From a virus (taxonomy: Duplodnaviria > Caudoviricetes), in IMG/VR virus record IMGVR_UViG_3300027887_000040, positions 1 to 30,467 of that record: a DNA stretch of 30,467 nucleotides. One strand, given 5' to 3'. A program made the translations under genes and the position numbers. Under the pieces are notes generated by a model, which worked only from the letters and a program-made list of their open reading frames with translations, did no database searches and was not told where the DNA came from. The stretch's first letter is position 1. Every line of letters begins with the position of its first letter. Of the stretch, positions 18,474 through 26,846 are shown piece after piece.

Positions 18474-18732
18474 GGCGCTCCAATCCTGTCGGGCGACGTT
18501 TGAGCCAGTCGTCAAAGGGTTGCAGACTGGCGTAGCATTCAGAGTGAAAGCCCCAAGCCTGTTTTCTGAACGTACCGCCGCAAGCGAGTGTCGGCCGCAT
18601 TTGTATCACAATATCGTTCTCGCGGCCCAAGGATTTGCCGCAGATGGCGCACCACCAAAAGCGATCCCCGTTGACCGTCCATCCGGAACCGTTGTCGGCA
18701 AGGCCATGTTTCTTGTGGTAGGCAGTCTTCAT
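18235..18732 (-). CDS. Hypothetical Zn-binding protein (CxxC...HxxC); 3' half overlaps the GT2 gene
   Basis: ATGA-coupled start, with 'WCAICGK...FHSEC' in the first ~70 aa. The remainder is doubtful. Confidence 0.45.
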   Translation of the reverse strand: MKTAYHKKHGLADNGSGWTVNGDRFWWCAICGKSLGRENDIVIQMRPTLACGGTFRKQAWGFHSECYASLQPFDDWLKRRPTGLERHDNSGDSESVSRDTGSPFDFDERNRVSPRRNDRRNGSSRQLVSGVRDDKLGAQRLRVRTKRKYRNHVREARIGHRSAQR

Positions 18733-18908
18733 TTCTGCGGGAACGCTTTTTCAAACATCGTTCGCAAAACGCTTTTCTCGCGCCTTCGCAGTTTCGGACC
18801 CTGGTTGGTCCCCGGACTCGGAACTGGTTGCGCGAGCCCGCTGTTTCCTGCCTTGCGCGGATTCTTGTAACTGCCGATCGAATCGGCATAGCGCCGGAGT
18901 TTGTCCAT
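18729..18908 (-). CDS. Small basic hypothetical protein, 59 aa (MDKLRRYADS...)
   Basis: TGATG coupling upstream and ATGA coupling downstream. It is the 3' part of the 164-aa track ORF. Confidence 0.5.
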   Translation of the reverse strand: MDKLRRYADSIGSYKNPRKAGNSGLAQPVPSPGTNQGPKLRRREKSVLRTMFEKAFPQK

Positions 18909-19120
18909 CACTTGCCTTTCTTTTTCGGGCCTTCCATGACCATCTTCATCCGAGCGATCACAGGATTGTCTTTCTTGGATTTCTTCTTGTCGCCCGGATT
19001 CTGGTCCCGCTTGTTCGCCGTGGCGTAGAAAACTTCCTTCCCCTTTTCCTCGCCGTATCGCCCCTTCATGTCTGCCATGACTTCCTCTCCGTGACCACCG
19101 TAATACTTCTTGATCGGCAT
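18908..19120 (-). CDS. Small Lys-rich conserved phage protein, 70 aa
   Basis: 'VMADMKGRYGEEKGKEVFYATANK' resembles a small basic protein type often found next to portal genes. RBS present. Confidence 0.7.
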   Translation of the reverse strand: MPIKKYYGGHGEEVMADMKGRYGEEKGKEVFYATANKRDQNPGDKKKSKKDNPVIARMKMVMEGPKKKGK

Positions 19121-19128
19121 AGCGCCCC

Positions 19129-21495
19129 CTACATTGGACCGCCAGGAGTCGGCGGCATCTGCGTGTTCGCCCCGGTCGATTCCGGTCCAGCCGGAGCCCG
19201 CTCTTTCTTTCCGCCGCTCTCACCCGGACCCTGCTCCATCGGTTCCTGCATCTGCGGCATCATCGCCATTTGGTGCTCAAGGATGTGAATCATCCAGAGG
19301 CGCTTCATTTCCTCGGGAAGCATCTCAAACTCGCTCGTCAACGCATACTCACGATGCACCGTAAGATGAACTACGTTGTCGTCGATAATCGGATTGACCT
19401 TCGGGCGAACTTTCTCGTTGATGAACTTCCAGTTCTCCCTCTGTGCCTGTTTCCGGTTCTGATCCATCGAGCCCAAGAGACTTGTGCTGGAGAACATATT
19501 CAGGATCTTGTACTGAGTCTCGGGCATCTGCGGGTTGATGACCCCCATCGCAGTCAAGTCCTGAACAAGCGCCTGCTGGCCTACCTGAGTCTTCGGGACC
19601 GCGCTTCCAGCCTCAACGCGCACATCCACAGAACCACGAATGTCGGCCTTGGAGAAGCGCTGAACTTCCCAGGTCGCCCCCTGACCCTTGATCGTGTTGA
19701 TGCGCTCCTCAGACCAAAACTGCTGTGCGATAGTCAGAAGATCCTTGGAGACCTTTCCCCACAGTCGCTCAATGTTCATCAGGACTGGAGTGAAGCGCGT
19801 GTTGGCGCGTTCGAGAAGAAGACGTAGAGCGGTCCCCGCAGTCACGCCAGGGGGAGCGGAGCCCTTCATAACCTCGAAAACGCCGGCCAACTCCTCCATG
19901 TCCCGATCCAGCTTTTCCAGCCACGCGATGAGCGACGTGGGGATGTTTTCCCCAGGGACTCGTTCAGGCCGCAGTCTCGGATCAATGGCCCAATTGCCCT
20001 CGACCAACTCTCCGGGCTCGCCCGTGATTTCACTGACGCCGAGATTTTTCGGGATGAGCCAAACTGGATTTGCGGTTCGGCTAATGATGAGTTGGATCAG
20101 GCTTTCCAGTTTGTTCCTTTGCTCCTGCTTCGGAGCGACATCATCCATTGGAGTGCGGCCAAGCAAACGGCCAGGAACAGAATCGAAAACAACGTGGTGC
20201 CACGGCCAGATCGGTCGATTTTTCGTGTCACGGTACGGAATGCCGTCTTCCACCGTGTCTGTGTTGAGTAGTTGGTCATTGGCAAAAACCGCTACCACAC
20301 CCTCTTGAAAGTCAATGCACGGACGCTTCCAGAAGTAGTCGATTGTGATGCCCTGGTCGTCGGGACCACCCTTCGAGACGACGCTTCGGCCATCGGAGTC
20401 TCCGACCGCATACGCGATCGAACGCAGTAGATTCAACCCGAAATTCGCGCCGCCCGTCGTGGAACTGGTATCCGCTTCGAGTTCCGGGCGGTTGTAAAGC
20501 GTGCGGATGCGCTCAACCGGATAGCGCCGGCGAACGAGCAACTCCTCAACGTCATCCATGCTCCGAGCTTCCAAGTCGAGAAAGACCTCGAACGGCGAGA
20601 AGACCTCCAGCCGGAGCTTCCCATTCGCCAACTCCTCACCGACCGGAGAGCCAGCGTCGTCTTGAGCCGGAATTACGTTTGGACTCCCGCAGAACGGACA
20701 GGAAACTTCGCTTTTCCTCTGCGGGGGGGCTCCGAACTGAGGCATTGAAGAGGGACCGTAGGACAACAACTCCGGCTCTGGCGGGGCTTCTGGCGGGATC
20801 TGCCCTAGTGCGGGTCCTGTCGGTGTCTCACCGATCATGTCCCCGAAACCGGCGCCCTGCGTCGGCAACGCGCCCTCCGGTCCCTCCATACCGACAGGTT
20901 CGGATGGTGCGGCGCCCATCGCTTCGCCCATCGGCATTCCAGCGTCCATCGACAACGGCGGGGGCTGAGGCAGATCGACCGGAGAACCGGCCTGATCGGG
21001 GGGAAACATCTTCCCGCAATCGTTACACGTAACGTGCTGAACGAATGACGTTCCGTGTTTAGGGTCGTTGTCGATCGACGGATGCAAAAAGGCATTCCCG
21101 GTCAAGACGAGCCAGGATGCCGTCTCGCGCCTTGCTTGCTCCGCGTTGACTTCCTCGTAGATCACGGGCATCGCGGCAAGCGAAGTCTCCGCAGCACCCA
21201 CATCGTCCGGATCGTCTGTCGCTGGAGTGCAAACCGCTTCTGGCATACGAGCGGAAAGCGTCTGGAGAATCGTGTTGCAGAAGCCGGCGAACTTGTTCGT
21301 CACCGGCCTGGGCACCCACTTTTTCGTTACCCGTGGTCGCCACGTCCTCGTCTCGGCTCTGTAGACGATCCACTGGATTCCGAGAAGATAAAGCACGTTT
21401 CGGAACCACAATCGCTCGTAAGTCGTTCTCTCTGCCTCGGAGCGACCCTTCGACTTGTGGTACGCCTCGCGGATCTTTTCGATGTCGTATGCCAT
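19129..21495 (-). CDS. Portal protein (podovirus/P22-like), 788 aa, with a Zn-ribbon/Pro-rich insertion
   Basis: 'WFRNVLYLLGIQW...VTNK...P...PATDDPDDVGAAE...GNAF...SPFEVF...GRTPMDDV...Q...N...ANPVWLIP...AGTALRLLLE' plus a Q/P/M-rich C-terminal tail. Position between terminase and scaffold. Confidence 0.85.
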   Translation of the reverse strand: MAYDIEKIREAYHKSKGRSEAERTTYERLWFRNVLYLLGIQWIVYRAETRTWRPRVTKKWVPRPVTNKFAGFCNTILQTLSARMPEAVCTPATDDPDDVGAAETSLAAMPVIYEEVNAEQARRETASWLVLTGNAFLHPSIDNDPKHGTSFVQHVTCNDCGKMFPPDQAGSPVDLPQPPPLSMDAGMPMGEAMGAAPSEPVGMEGPEGALPTQGAGFGDMIGETPTGPALGQIPPEAPPEPELLSYGPSSMPQFGAPPQRKSEVSCPFCGSPNVIPAQDDAGSPVGEELANGKLRLEVFSPFEVFLDLEARSMDDVEELLVRRRYPVERIRTLYNRPELEADTSSTTGGANFGLNLLRSIAYAVGDSDGRSVVSKGGPDDQGITIDYFWKRPCIDFQEGVVAVFANDQLLNTDTVEDGIPYRDTKNRPIWPWHHVVFDSVPGRLLGRTPMDDVAPKQEQRNKLESLIQLIISRTANPVWLIPKNLGVSEITGEPGELVEGNWAIDPRLRPERVPGENIPTSLIAWLEKLDRDMEELAGVFEVMKGSAPPGVTAGTALRLLLERANTRFTPVLMNIERLWGKVSKDLLTIAQQFWSEERINTIKGQGATWEVQRFSKADIRGSVDVRVEAGSAVPKTQVGQQALVQDLTAMGVINPQMPETQYKILNMFSSTSLLGSMDQNRKQAQRENWKFINEKVRPKVNPIIDDNVVHLTVHREYALTSEFEMLPEEMKRLWMIHILEHQMAMMPQMQEPMEQGPGESGGKKERAPAGPESTGANTQMPPTPGGPM

Positions 21496-21533
21496 AGCAC
21501 CACCAATAACACGAACGCCGGAACAAGCAAGCG

Positions 21534-22640
21534 CTATCTGACTTTTGTTCGCTTCACGTCACGAATCGTCGCGTCGTTCGGTGACACAATCAAGGGAGAA
21601 ATCGCTTTCTCCCCGTGAGCCTTGCCAGCATTGAAGGCTTCGACCAGCTTGTTGTTGAACTCCAGAAGGTTGATCGTCTTGTAGTGGTGGCTCGCCATCT
21701 GCCCGTCCGCCCAGATTTCTTTCCCGAAACATTGGGCCTTCCAGCAGAAGAAGTGATCTTCGGTGAGAATGATCTCTCGGCAGTCTTTGTAGAGAAACTG
21801 GAACCACGGAAACGGAACGTCTTCGAGCGTGCTCCGCTTGATGAGCAGAGCCGCAGCCCCGACCGAATCCACGCGAAACTTGCCGGCTTGACCAGTCGCC
21901 TTACGGTGCGTCTTGAAAACCCACGGATCTCTTCCGGTGCCCTTGCAGCGACACTTGATGCCAGGAAGCATCTGGTGTTTGGTGCAGTATTTCTCCCAGC
22001 GTTGGATGAACGGATTCCAGCGATCTAGACCTCTGTCGTTGTTGCCACGGAACATCTCCGGGTCGTGGACAACGCCCTCGTCGAGCCACTTCTTCCGACA
22101 GAAGCACTCCTCGCAGTCAGCGCTTTCCCAGATCGAAGGCATCAGGCTTTTCTTGACGTAACAGAAGACGTTACCCGAGTGAACGTCCTTACCCTCATCG
22201 GTGAGCGAAAGGAAGTTGGGATGCGGATCGGTGTCCGCATCGAACATCGCCAGATACTCACAATCGCTTTTCAGAAACGCCGCGCCGATGCGATTGCGAA
22301 CGTGATCGTGAAAGCGGACCTCGGAGAAAAGACGGAAAGCCACCCGATACTTGTCCTGGCAAGCGTAGACAAACAGCTTGTTCACAAGACCGGCGTTCAC
22401 GTCAATCATGTTGGGGATTGCTACGAAAATCGACGCCTTGAACTTGCGGGGGCCGGCTTTGGCTTCTGCGATCTGATTGAGGGCTGTTTCTACCTCCTTG
22501 ACCGCTTCGCTGGTCTCAGGTTCGATCGGCTTGGATTGCGCTTGCGATTCGTTGTTGCTCTGCGAGTTCGGATTCGTCGTCTCCGAAGATGTCAAGCATT
22601 CGTTCGATGGCTCGCTCATGCTGGATCGTCTCACTCTCAT
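21534..22640 (-). CDS. GT-A fold glycosyltransferase-like protein with a Cys-rich insertion (true start probably downstream, e.g. MSEPS)
   Basis: 'IFVAIP...RNRIGAAFL...YLAMFDADT (DxD)...VGAAALLIKR...PWF...TEDHFFCWKA...G..IWAD...H'. Confidence 0.8.
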   Translation of the reverse strand: MRVRRSSMSEPSNECLTSSETTNPNSQSNNESQAQSKPIEPETSEAVKEVETALNQIAEAKAGPRKFKASIFVAIPNMIDVNAGLVNKLFVYACQDKYRVAFRLFSEVRFHDHVRNRIGAAFLKSDCEYLAMFDADTDPHPNFLSLTDEGKDVHSGNVFCYVKKSLMPSIWESADCEECFCRKKWLDEGVVHDPEMFRGNNDRGLDRWNPFIQRWEKYCTKHQMLPGIKCRCKGTGRDPWVFKTHRKATGQAGKFRVDSVGAAALLIKRSTLEDVPFPWFQFLYKDCREIILTEDHFFCWKAQCFGKEIWADGQMASHHYKTINLLEFNNKLVEAFNAGKAHGEKAISPLIVSPNDATIRDVKRTKVR

Positions 22641-22818
22641 CGTCGAGATTGATCCCCGCCTTTGCGGACTTCATCAACACCATGTTGACCGCTCGCTCAC
22701 TTCGGACCCTTTCGTGGTCCCGCTCACGTCGCATGAGCGCAAGGGCGCCTTCCAACTCCTTGATCCGATTCTCAAGCATACGCACTTCAGTCTTCGTTCG
22801 GATTGTCAGGTTGAACAT
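22516..22818 (-). CDS. Hypothetical coiled-coil protein, 100 aa (MFNLTIRTK...)
   Basis: TGATG-coupled to the upstream GT, with a heptad pattern. Overlaps the low-complexity start of the next ORF. Confidence 0.55.
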   Translation of the reverse strand: MFNLTIRTKTEVRMLENRIKELEGALALMRRERDHERVRSERAVNMVLMKSAKAGINLDDESETIQHERAIERMLDIFGDDESELAEQQRIASAIQADRT

Positions 22819-23546
22819 CACGTCACCCTCACCCTTCCCTTGATATGAGCCGCGAATCGTTCCGCAGACAACGGAGAATGGTTGTGAGCCCCCCACCCGT
22901 GCTCACGATTATTGGGGTGTAGCCGACCAGCATTACGTTGGTGCCGCCAGAGATAATACTCGTGCCCAAGGTCTCTGAAGTGAAGCAACTTCACGGGGGA
23001 GTCGAACCACGAAGATCCGTTTCGATTGCCGTTCACGCTCCATACGTGACGGCCGGCATCGAACCAAATGTCAATCGCCGGCTGGAAGACGCAACCCTTC
23101 CTGCCCCCATTGACCCACCAAGTCGTCCTCTTCCCCTCTTGAATTTCCTCGTAAATCTGACCGTCTCCAAAAGGAAAGGTCTCGGACATCATTTCCCACC
23201 CGTTACAGGCGATGCACAGATGCCCTCCAGCCTTAGCCTCTGCAAGATGGCCGATCAAATCCTCCGACCAGACAAACTCATCGGCATCTACGCACATCAC
23301 CCAGTCCGGACTCCTGTCCTCCCGATACGCATTCGAAAACAACTTCGCCGTCAATCCGTCATCGAGAAGATTTCCGGGGTAGTCCCGCAATTCAACCTTC
23401 GGATGAGCCGACAGAATCTCCCTGGTCCGATCGTCGCTCTGATCGTCGTAGACGATGATCTTCTCCGCGACCGCTCCGTAGTGCCGAAGGTAGAACGGCA
23501 GAATCCTCTCCTCGTTCCGCATCACGGTGTAGACGTGTATTTTCAC
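22818..23546 (-). CDS. Glycosyltransferase family 2 (Glyco_tranf_2_4-like), 242 aa
   Basis: 'VYTVMRNEERILPFYLRHY...IIVYDDQSDDRT...WVMCVDADEF...K...GRH...LLHF'. Confidence 0.9.
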   Translation of the reverse strand: MKIHVYTVMRNEERILPFYLRHYGAVAEKIIVYDDQSDDRTREILSAHPKVELRDYPGNLLDDGLTAKLFSNAYREDRSPDWVMCVDADEFVWSEDLIGHLAEAKAGGHLCIACNGWEMMSETFPFGDGQIYEEIQEGKRTTWWVNGGRKGCVFQPAIDIWFDAGRHVWSVNGNRNGSSWFDSPVKLLHFRDLGHEYYLWRHQRNAGRLHPNNREHGWGAHNHSPLSAERFAAHIKGRVRVT

Positions 23547-24262
23547 AATACCTCCGGATTGCGCCGCCGGATCGCCAGTTCACGCTTGACTTGATCTGCG
23601 TATCGTTGTCCGATCATCCGATGAACAGCGCTCCGTTCACCCCAATTGGCTTCCAAATCCCGATAGAACCCTTTCGATGCCCGAGCGGTGTCGTCACACT
23701 GAAGCGTGTGTCGAATCTGATCGTGACGGATCTGAACGGGAACACGTATCTCGCAGTTCATCGCCTCTGCGAAGGATTCCCAGCACCGATCGACAGAAGG
23801 ATTCCCGTCGAGACAGAACCGACCAGTCAACTCCAAGGTCTCCCGGTTGACGCAGGGAAACGAGAAACGGGTATGGTTCGCCGGCTCGACGTGAGCGCTC
23901 ATGACGCACACTTGCCCAAGATTCCGCCTGAGATACTCCTCGTCCCAATTCTTGGTTTCCATCCAGGCATCGTCGTTGAACTGAATCACAAGAGCGCCAG
24001 TGGAAAGCCGATACGCCTCTTCGATGAAGATGGCGTTGCTGGCGTACCCTTCAAGTTGTGGCCCTACGATTAACGCCATCCTTCCGGCGGGAAAGGACCG
24101 GAACGAATGCAGGTAGTCCGGAATCGACGGATCGTTATCGTCGATGCGGCAGATAACCTCGATTTCATTCGCGTTCGCCGCCGTGTCGAAAAGCCTAGCG
24201 CAAACGTCCCTGAACTGATTGCCTCTCCCACGCGACGGCAGAATCACCGAGATCGCTTTCAT
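23543..24262 (-). CDS. Glycosyltransferase family 2 / GT-A fold, 239 aa
   Basis: 'ISVILPSRGR...EVICRIDDNDP...IQFNDDAWM...WD...FPCV...D...IRH'. Confidence 0.85.
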   Translation of the reverse strand: MKAISVILPSRGRGNQFRDVCARLFDTAANANEIEVICRIDDNDPSIPDYLHSFRSFPAGRMALIVGPQLEGYASNAIFIEEAYRLSTGALVIQFNDDAWMETKNWDEEYLRRNLGQVCVMSAHVEPANHTRFSFPCVNRETLELTGRFCLDGNPSVDRCWESFAEAMNCEIRVPVQIRHDQIRHTLQCDDTARASKGFYRDLEANWGERSAVHRMIGQRYADQVKRELAIRRRNPEVL

Positions 24263-25209
24263 CAGAAGTAACTCCGATAGAGACGAATCGCTTCGATTGA
24301 CTTTCGCGGCAAGAATCGCGCCATCGTGTCTTCGATCGAATGCACGTCGAGATATGCGAGAAAGTCAGCGGTGTGCTCGTAGGAGAACAACTCGTCTCGA
24401 AAATCCCGCATCACAGAGATGTGCGATCGGTGTTGAGAATGCGTGTTCGTGATTTGCCCGTAGACCGTTCGGCCGGGAAATCGCTTCTGGAACAAATACC
24501 CGGCCCAAATGTCATCCGCCCTACCGATGAAAGGGATGTTGCCGAAGTGATGCTGAAGGACTCGGCCGAGAATGAAGATGCTCTGCGTATTGACCGGACA
24601 GAACCGTGCCGGAGCAAACGGGGTCTCGTAACCATGTGGAACACGCAACTCGTTCGACCCTCCACCTACGCGGAAGATCGCATCAACATCCGCCTCCCCA
24701 TCGCACAGATCCTCTTGAAGCAAAGGAACGACCTGTCTCCTCAAGCATTGGTTGATGCTGAATTGGCTGATTCCCTGATGCCGCCACGGGAATCCCCTAT
24801 GCCAGAATTTTCCGCGCACGAACGGATAGTAGGGGTCCGTTACAAGCTGATCCGGCCCGCGATCAACCATCAGCCTCGGTTGACCGACGTAGACTCTCTT
24901 CCCCCAATTCTCTTTGGGGATGCAATCATCGTCAATCGAAGCGACGATTACCGCGTTGCGATTGGCCGCTTCGATAAACCCGATCATCCGCCCCCTGGCA
25001 ACCGAACCCGGCCCGATAAGCTCACAGAGATCGGGATAGCGCTCTTGTTGTTCCCTCCAAGAAATAAACGTGCCGTTCCTGAGTCTGTATTTGGGAGTTG
25101 CCGAGTCTCCAACGACAACGAGTTCCCAATCGGGCATCCGATCGTAAAGCTGAATCGCCTCAGTCGGGGCATTGATGGTGGTGGTAACGATGACTTTCTT
25201 CATACCCAC
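24262..25209 (-). CDS. STELLO (DUF288)/GT75-like glycosyltransferase-related protein, 315 aa
   Basis: 'IVTTTINAPT...WELVVVGDSATP...IGF..A...IDDDC...WHRGFP...DVDAIFR...PVNTQ...GRADDIWAGY' follows the STELLO motif order. Confidence 0.8.
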   Translation of the reverse strand: MGMKKVIVTTTINAPTEAIQLYDRMPDWELVVVGDSATPKYRLRNGTFISWREQQERYPDLCELIGPGSVARGRMIGFIEAANRNAVIVASIDDDCIPKENWGKRVYVGQPRLMVDRGPDQLVTDPYYPFVRGKFWHRGFPWRHQGISQFSINQCLRRQVVPLLQEDLCDGEADVDAIFRVGGGSNELRVPHGYETPFAPARFCPVNTQSIFILGRVLQHHFGNIPFIGRADDIWAGYLFQKRFPGRTVYGQITNTHSQHRSHISVMRDFRDELFSYEHTADFLAYLDVHSIEDTMARFLPRKSIEAIRLYRSYF

Positions 25210-26201
25210 AGTATGTTTCCCCTCGTCAGTTCACGATCAACGAGTCTGTGATGGTGAAAGAACTTGCAATCCACCTTGGCGCACGACGCTGGATTGATCT
25301 TCTCCAGCTTATCCCTGTGCGTCTGCGAGAACCACAGATCGACAAACCTCTCCCTCAGCATATTGCCGATGAAGAAGTCGTTCTCCCGGTAGTAGTAGTA
25401 GCAGCAGATGTAGACGTTACCCTGCCAGTCAACGACGGTGTGGATCGGATTCAACCAACATTTCTGAACGTCGCCAAACGGTGCGATCCACCACCGAAAC
25501 CTCTCGTCCCTCACGCCGTCTAACACCGTTCGCAGCAACCGATCCTCGTCCCACCGCTCGTTTTCGCTCAACTCCTCCGGCTCATGCCGCAGAGCCTTGA
25601 TGTTGACGCGATCGACTCCAAGAGAATCCGTGAGCCCGATGATGTCCTCGTAGTGCTGGGAGCCGCGCAGGGTCTTCCCCACCGAAAACTTCAGGCTGAT
25701 TTCGCATTTTGATTTGAGCCGGCGCTTCTCGCGCACGAGTTGTCCGATGTTGTCGATAACAATCTGCCAGGACTTCGGATCAACCCGCTTGTACTTCGCG
25801 TAGTCATCTCGATTGGACGCTTCGAGAGAAATGCGAACGTAGGTTCCAGCCTTCAAGAGAACCGTGACGAGATCCGGTTTCATCACGAGCCCGTTCGTGA
25901 TGAGCGCAAAATGACCGCCCGACGCCGCTATGTGCCGCATGAGTTCCGGCAGGTACGGGATCATCGCCGGCTCTCCTCCCCCGGCGAAATCGAACGCCTT
26001 CACTCCGACTTCCAAAAGATCGTTGGCGCACTTGAAGTGATCGTCGCGCCCCATGTAGTCGTTGGTTAGTTTACTGTCGTAGGCACAGCCTACGCAGGAC
26101 TGGTTACAGACGTTTGACGTGTGGAAGTCAACAAAGTGTGGATAGATCATCAGCCCTTTTTTGAGGGCGATTATGTCGTGCATCCGATGGAGAATCGTCA
26201 T
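25200..26201 (-). CDS. Radical SAM enzyme with a SPASM/twitch domain, 333 aa
   Basis: CxxxCxxC (CNQSCVGC), GGGEP, ITNG, RISL, and C-terminal 'CW...VVDWQGNVYICC...IGN...W...CAKVDC'. Confidence 0.92.
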   Translation of the reverse strand: MTILHRMHDIIALKKGLMIYPHFVDFHTSNVCNQSCVGCAYDSKLTNDYMGRDDHFKCANDLLEVGVKAFDFAGGGEPAMIPYLPELMRHIAASGGHFALITNGLVMKPDLVTVLLKAGTYVRISLEASNRDDYAKYKRVDPKSWQIVIDNIGQLVREKRRLKSKCEISLKFSVGKTLRGSQHYEDIIGLTDSLGVDRVNIKALRHEPEELSENERWDEDRLLRTVLDGVRDERFRWWIAPFGDVQKCWLNPIHTVVDWQGNVYICCYYYYRENDFFIGNMLRERFVDLWFSQTHRDKLEKINPASCAKVDCKFFHHHRLVDRELTRGNILWV

Positions 26202-26662
26202 TTCGCCGCCCGCATCAGAATCTTTACCTTCGGCCCGTCCATTGTCTCGATCAGATAGTCGTTGAGGATCACAAACGATGCGCGGATTCCGTAAGACGCC
26301 GCAAACCGCTCCCGATACGGATTCCCGCTCTCGTAGTACCTGAACGAATTGCGATTCCAGAACGAGACGTGCGTTGGATCTTGGAACGCCCCCGGCCCAT
26401 CAGTCGAAGGAACCTCGACGAGAAACTTACCCTCCGGCTGCAAGACCCGATAGCACTCATTCATCGTGAAAATCTTGTCGTGCAGATGTTCGATCACGTC
26501 GAGAGCTATCACCGTCTCGACGCTCGATTCCGGAAACGGCCATGCCTTTTCCAGATCGACAATCCTGAAATCGACTCCATGCGGGACCGCCTTTGGCCTG
26601 TGGAGATCCACGTTCAGACAGTCCCGCATGAATCGGTCGCCGCAACCGATGTTGAGCTTCAC
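26198..26662 (-). CDS. Class I SAM-dependent methyltransferase (Methyltransf_11-like), 154 aa (GTG start, MKLNIGCG)
   Basis: 'LNIGCG...NVD...DLEKAWPF...VIEHL...ECYRVLQPEG...VP...DPTH'. GTGA overlap with the holin-like gene stop. Confidence 0.9.
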   Translation of the reverse strand: MKLNIGCGDRFMRDCLNVDLHRPKAVPHGVDFRIVDLEKAWPFPESSVETVIALDVIEHLHDKIFTMNECYRVLQPEGKFLVEVPSTDGPGAFQDPTHVSFWNRNSFRYYESGNPYRERFAASYGIRASFVILNDYLIETMDGPKVKILMRAAK

Positions 26663-26841
26663 TGTTTGATCGTCCCGCCCGTCACCTGGGAGTCCTTCGC
26701 CGCGAGACCAAGAGCGGCGAACCCGACACCGATCAACAAACCAATCCAATCGACCTGCTGGTTGGCCTGAAGTGATGTGTGAATGATCTGGCCCGCCCCA
26801 AGAGCGATACCCAGCAAAGATGTCCTCCAGTTTTTCATCAC
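26659..26841 (-). CDS. Small two-TM membrane protein, holin-like, ~60 aa
   Basis: 'MKNWRTSLLGIALG...WIGLLIGVGFAALGLAAKD' has two hydrophobic segments. AGGAGG RBS. Confidence 0.65.
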   Translation of the reverse strand: MMKNWRTSLLGIALGAGQIIHTSLQANQQVDWIGLLIGVGFAALGLAAKDSQVTGGTIKQ

Positions 26842-26846
26842 TCCTC

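Noticed and set aside
17757-26662. Host LPS/capsule locus or Gtr-type serotype conversion cassette
   Set aside because: The genes are interleaved with and coupled to phage packaging and head genes. There is no flippase, polymerase, GtrA or polytopic GT-C protein.
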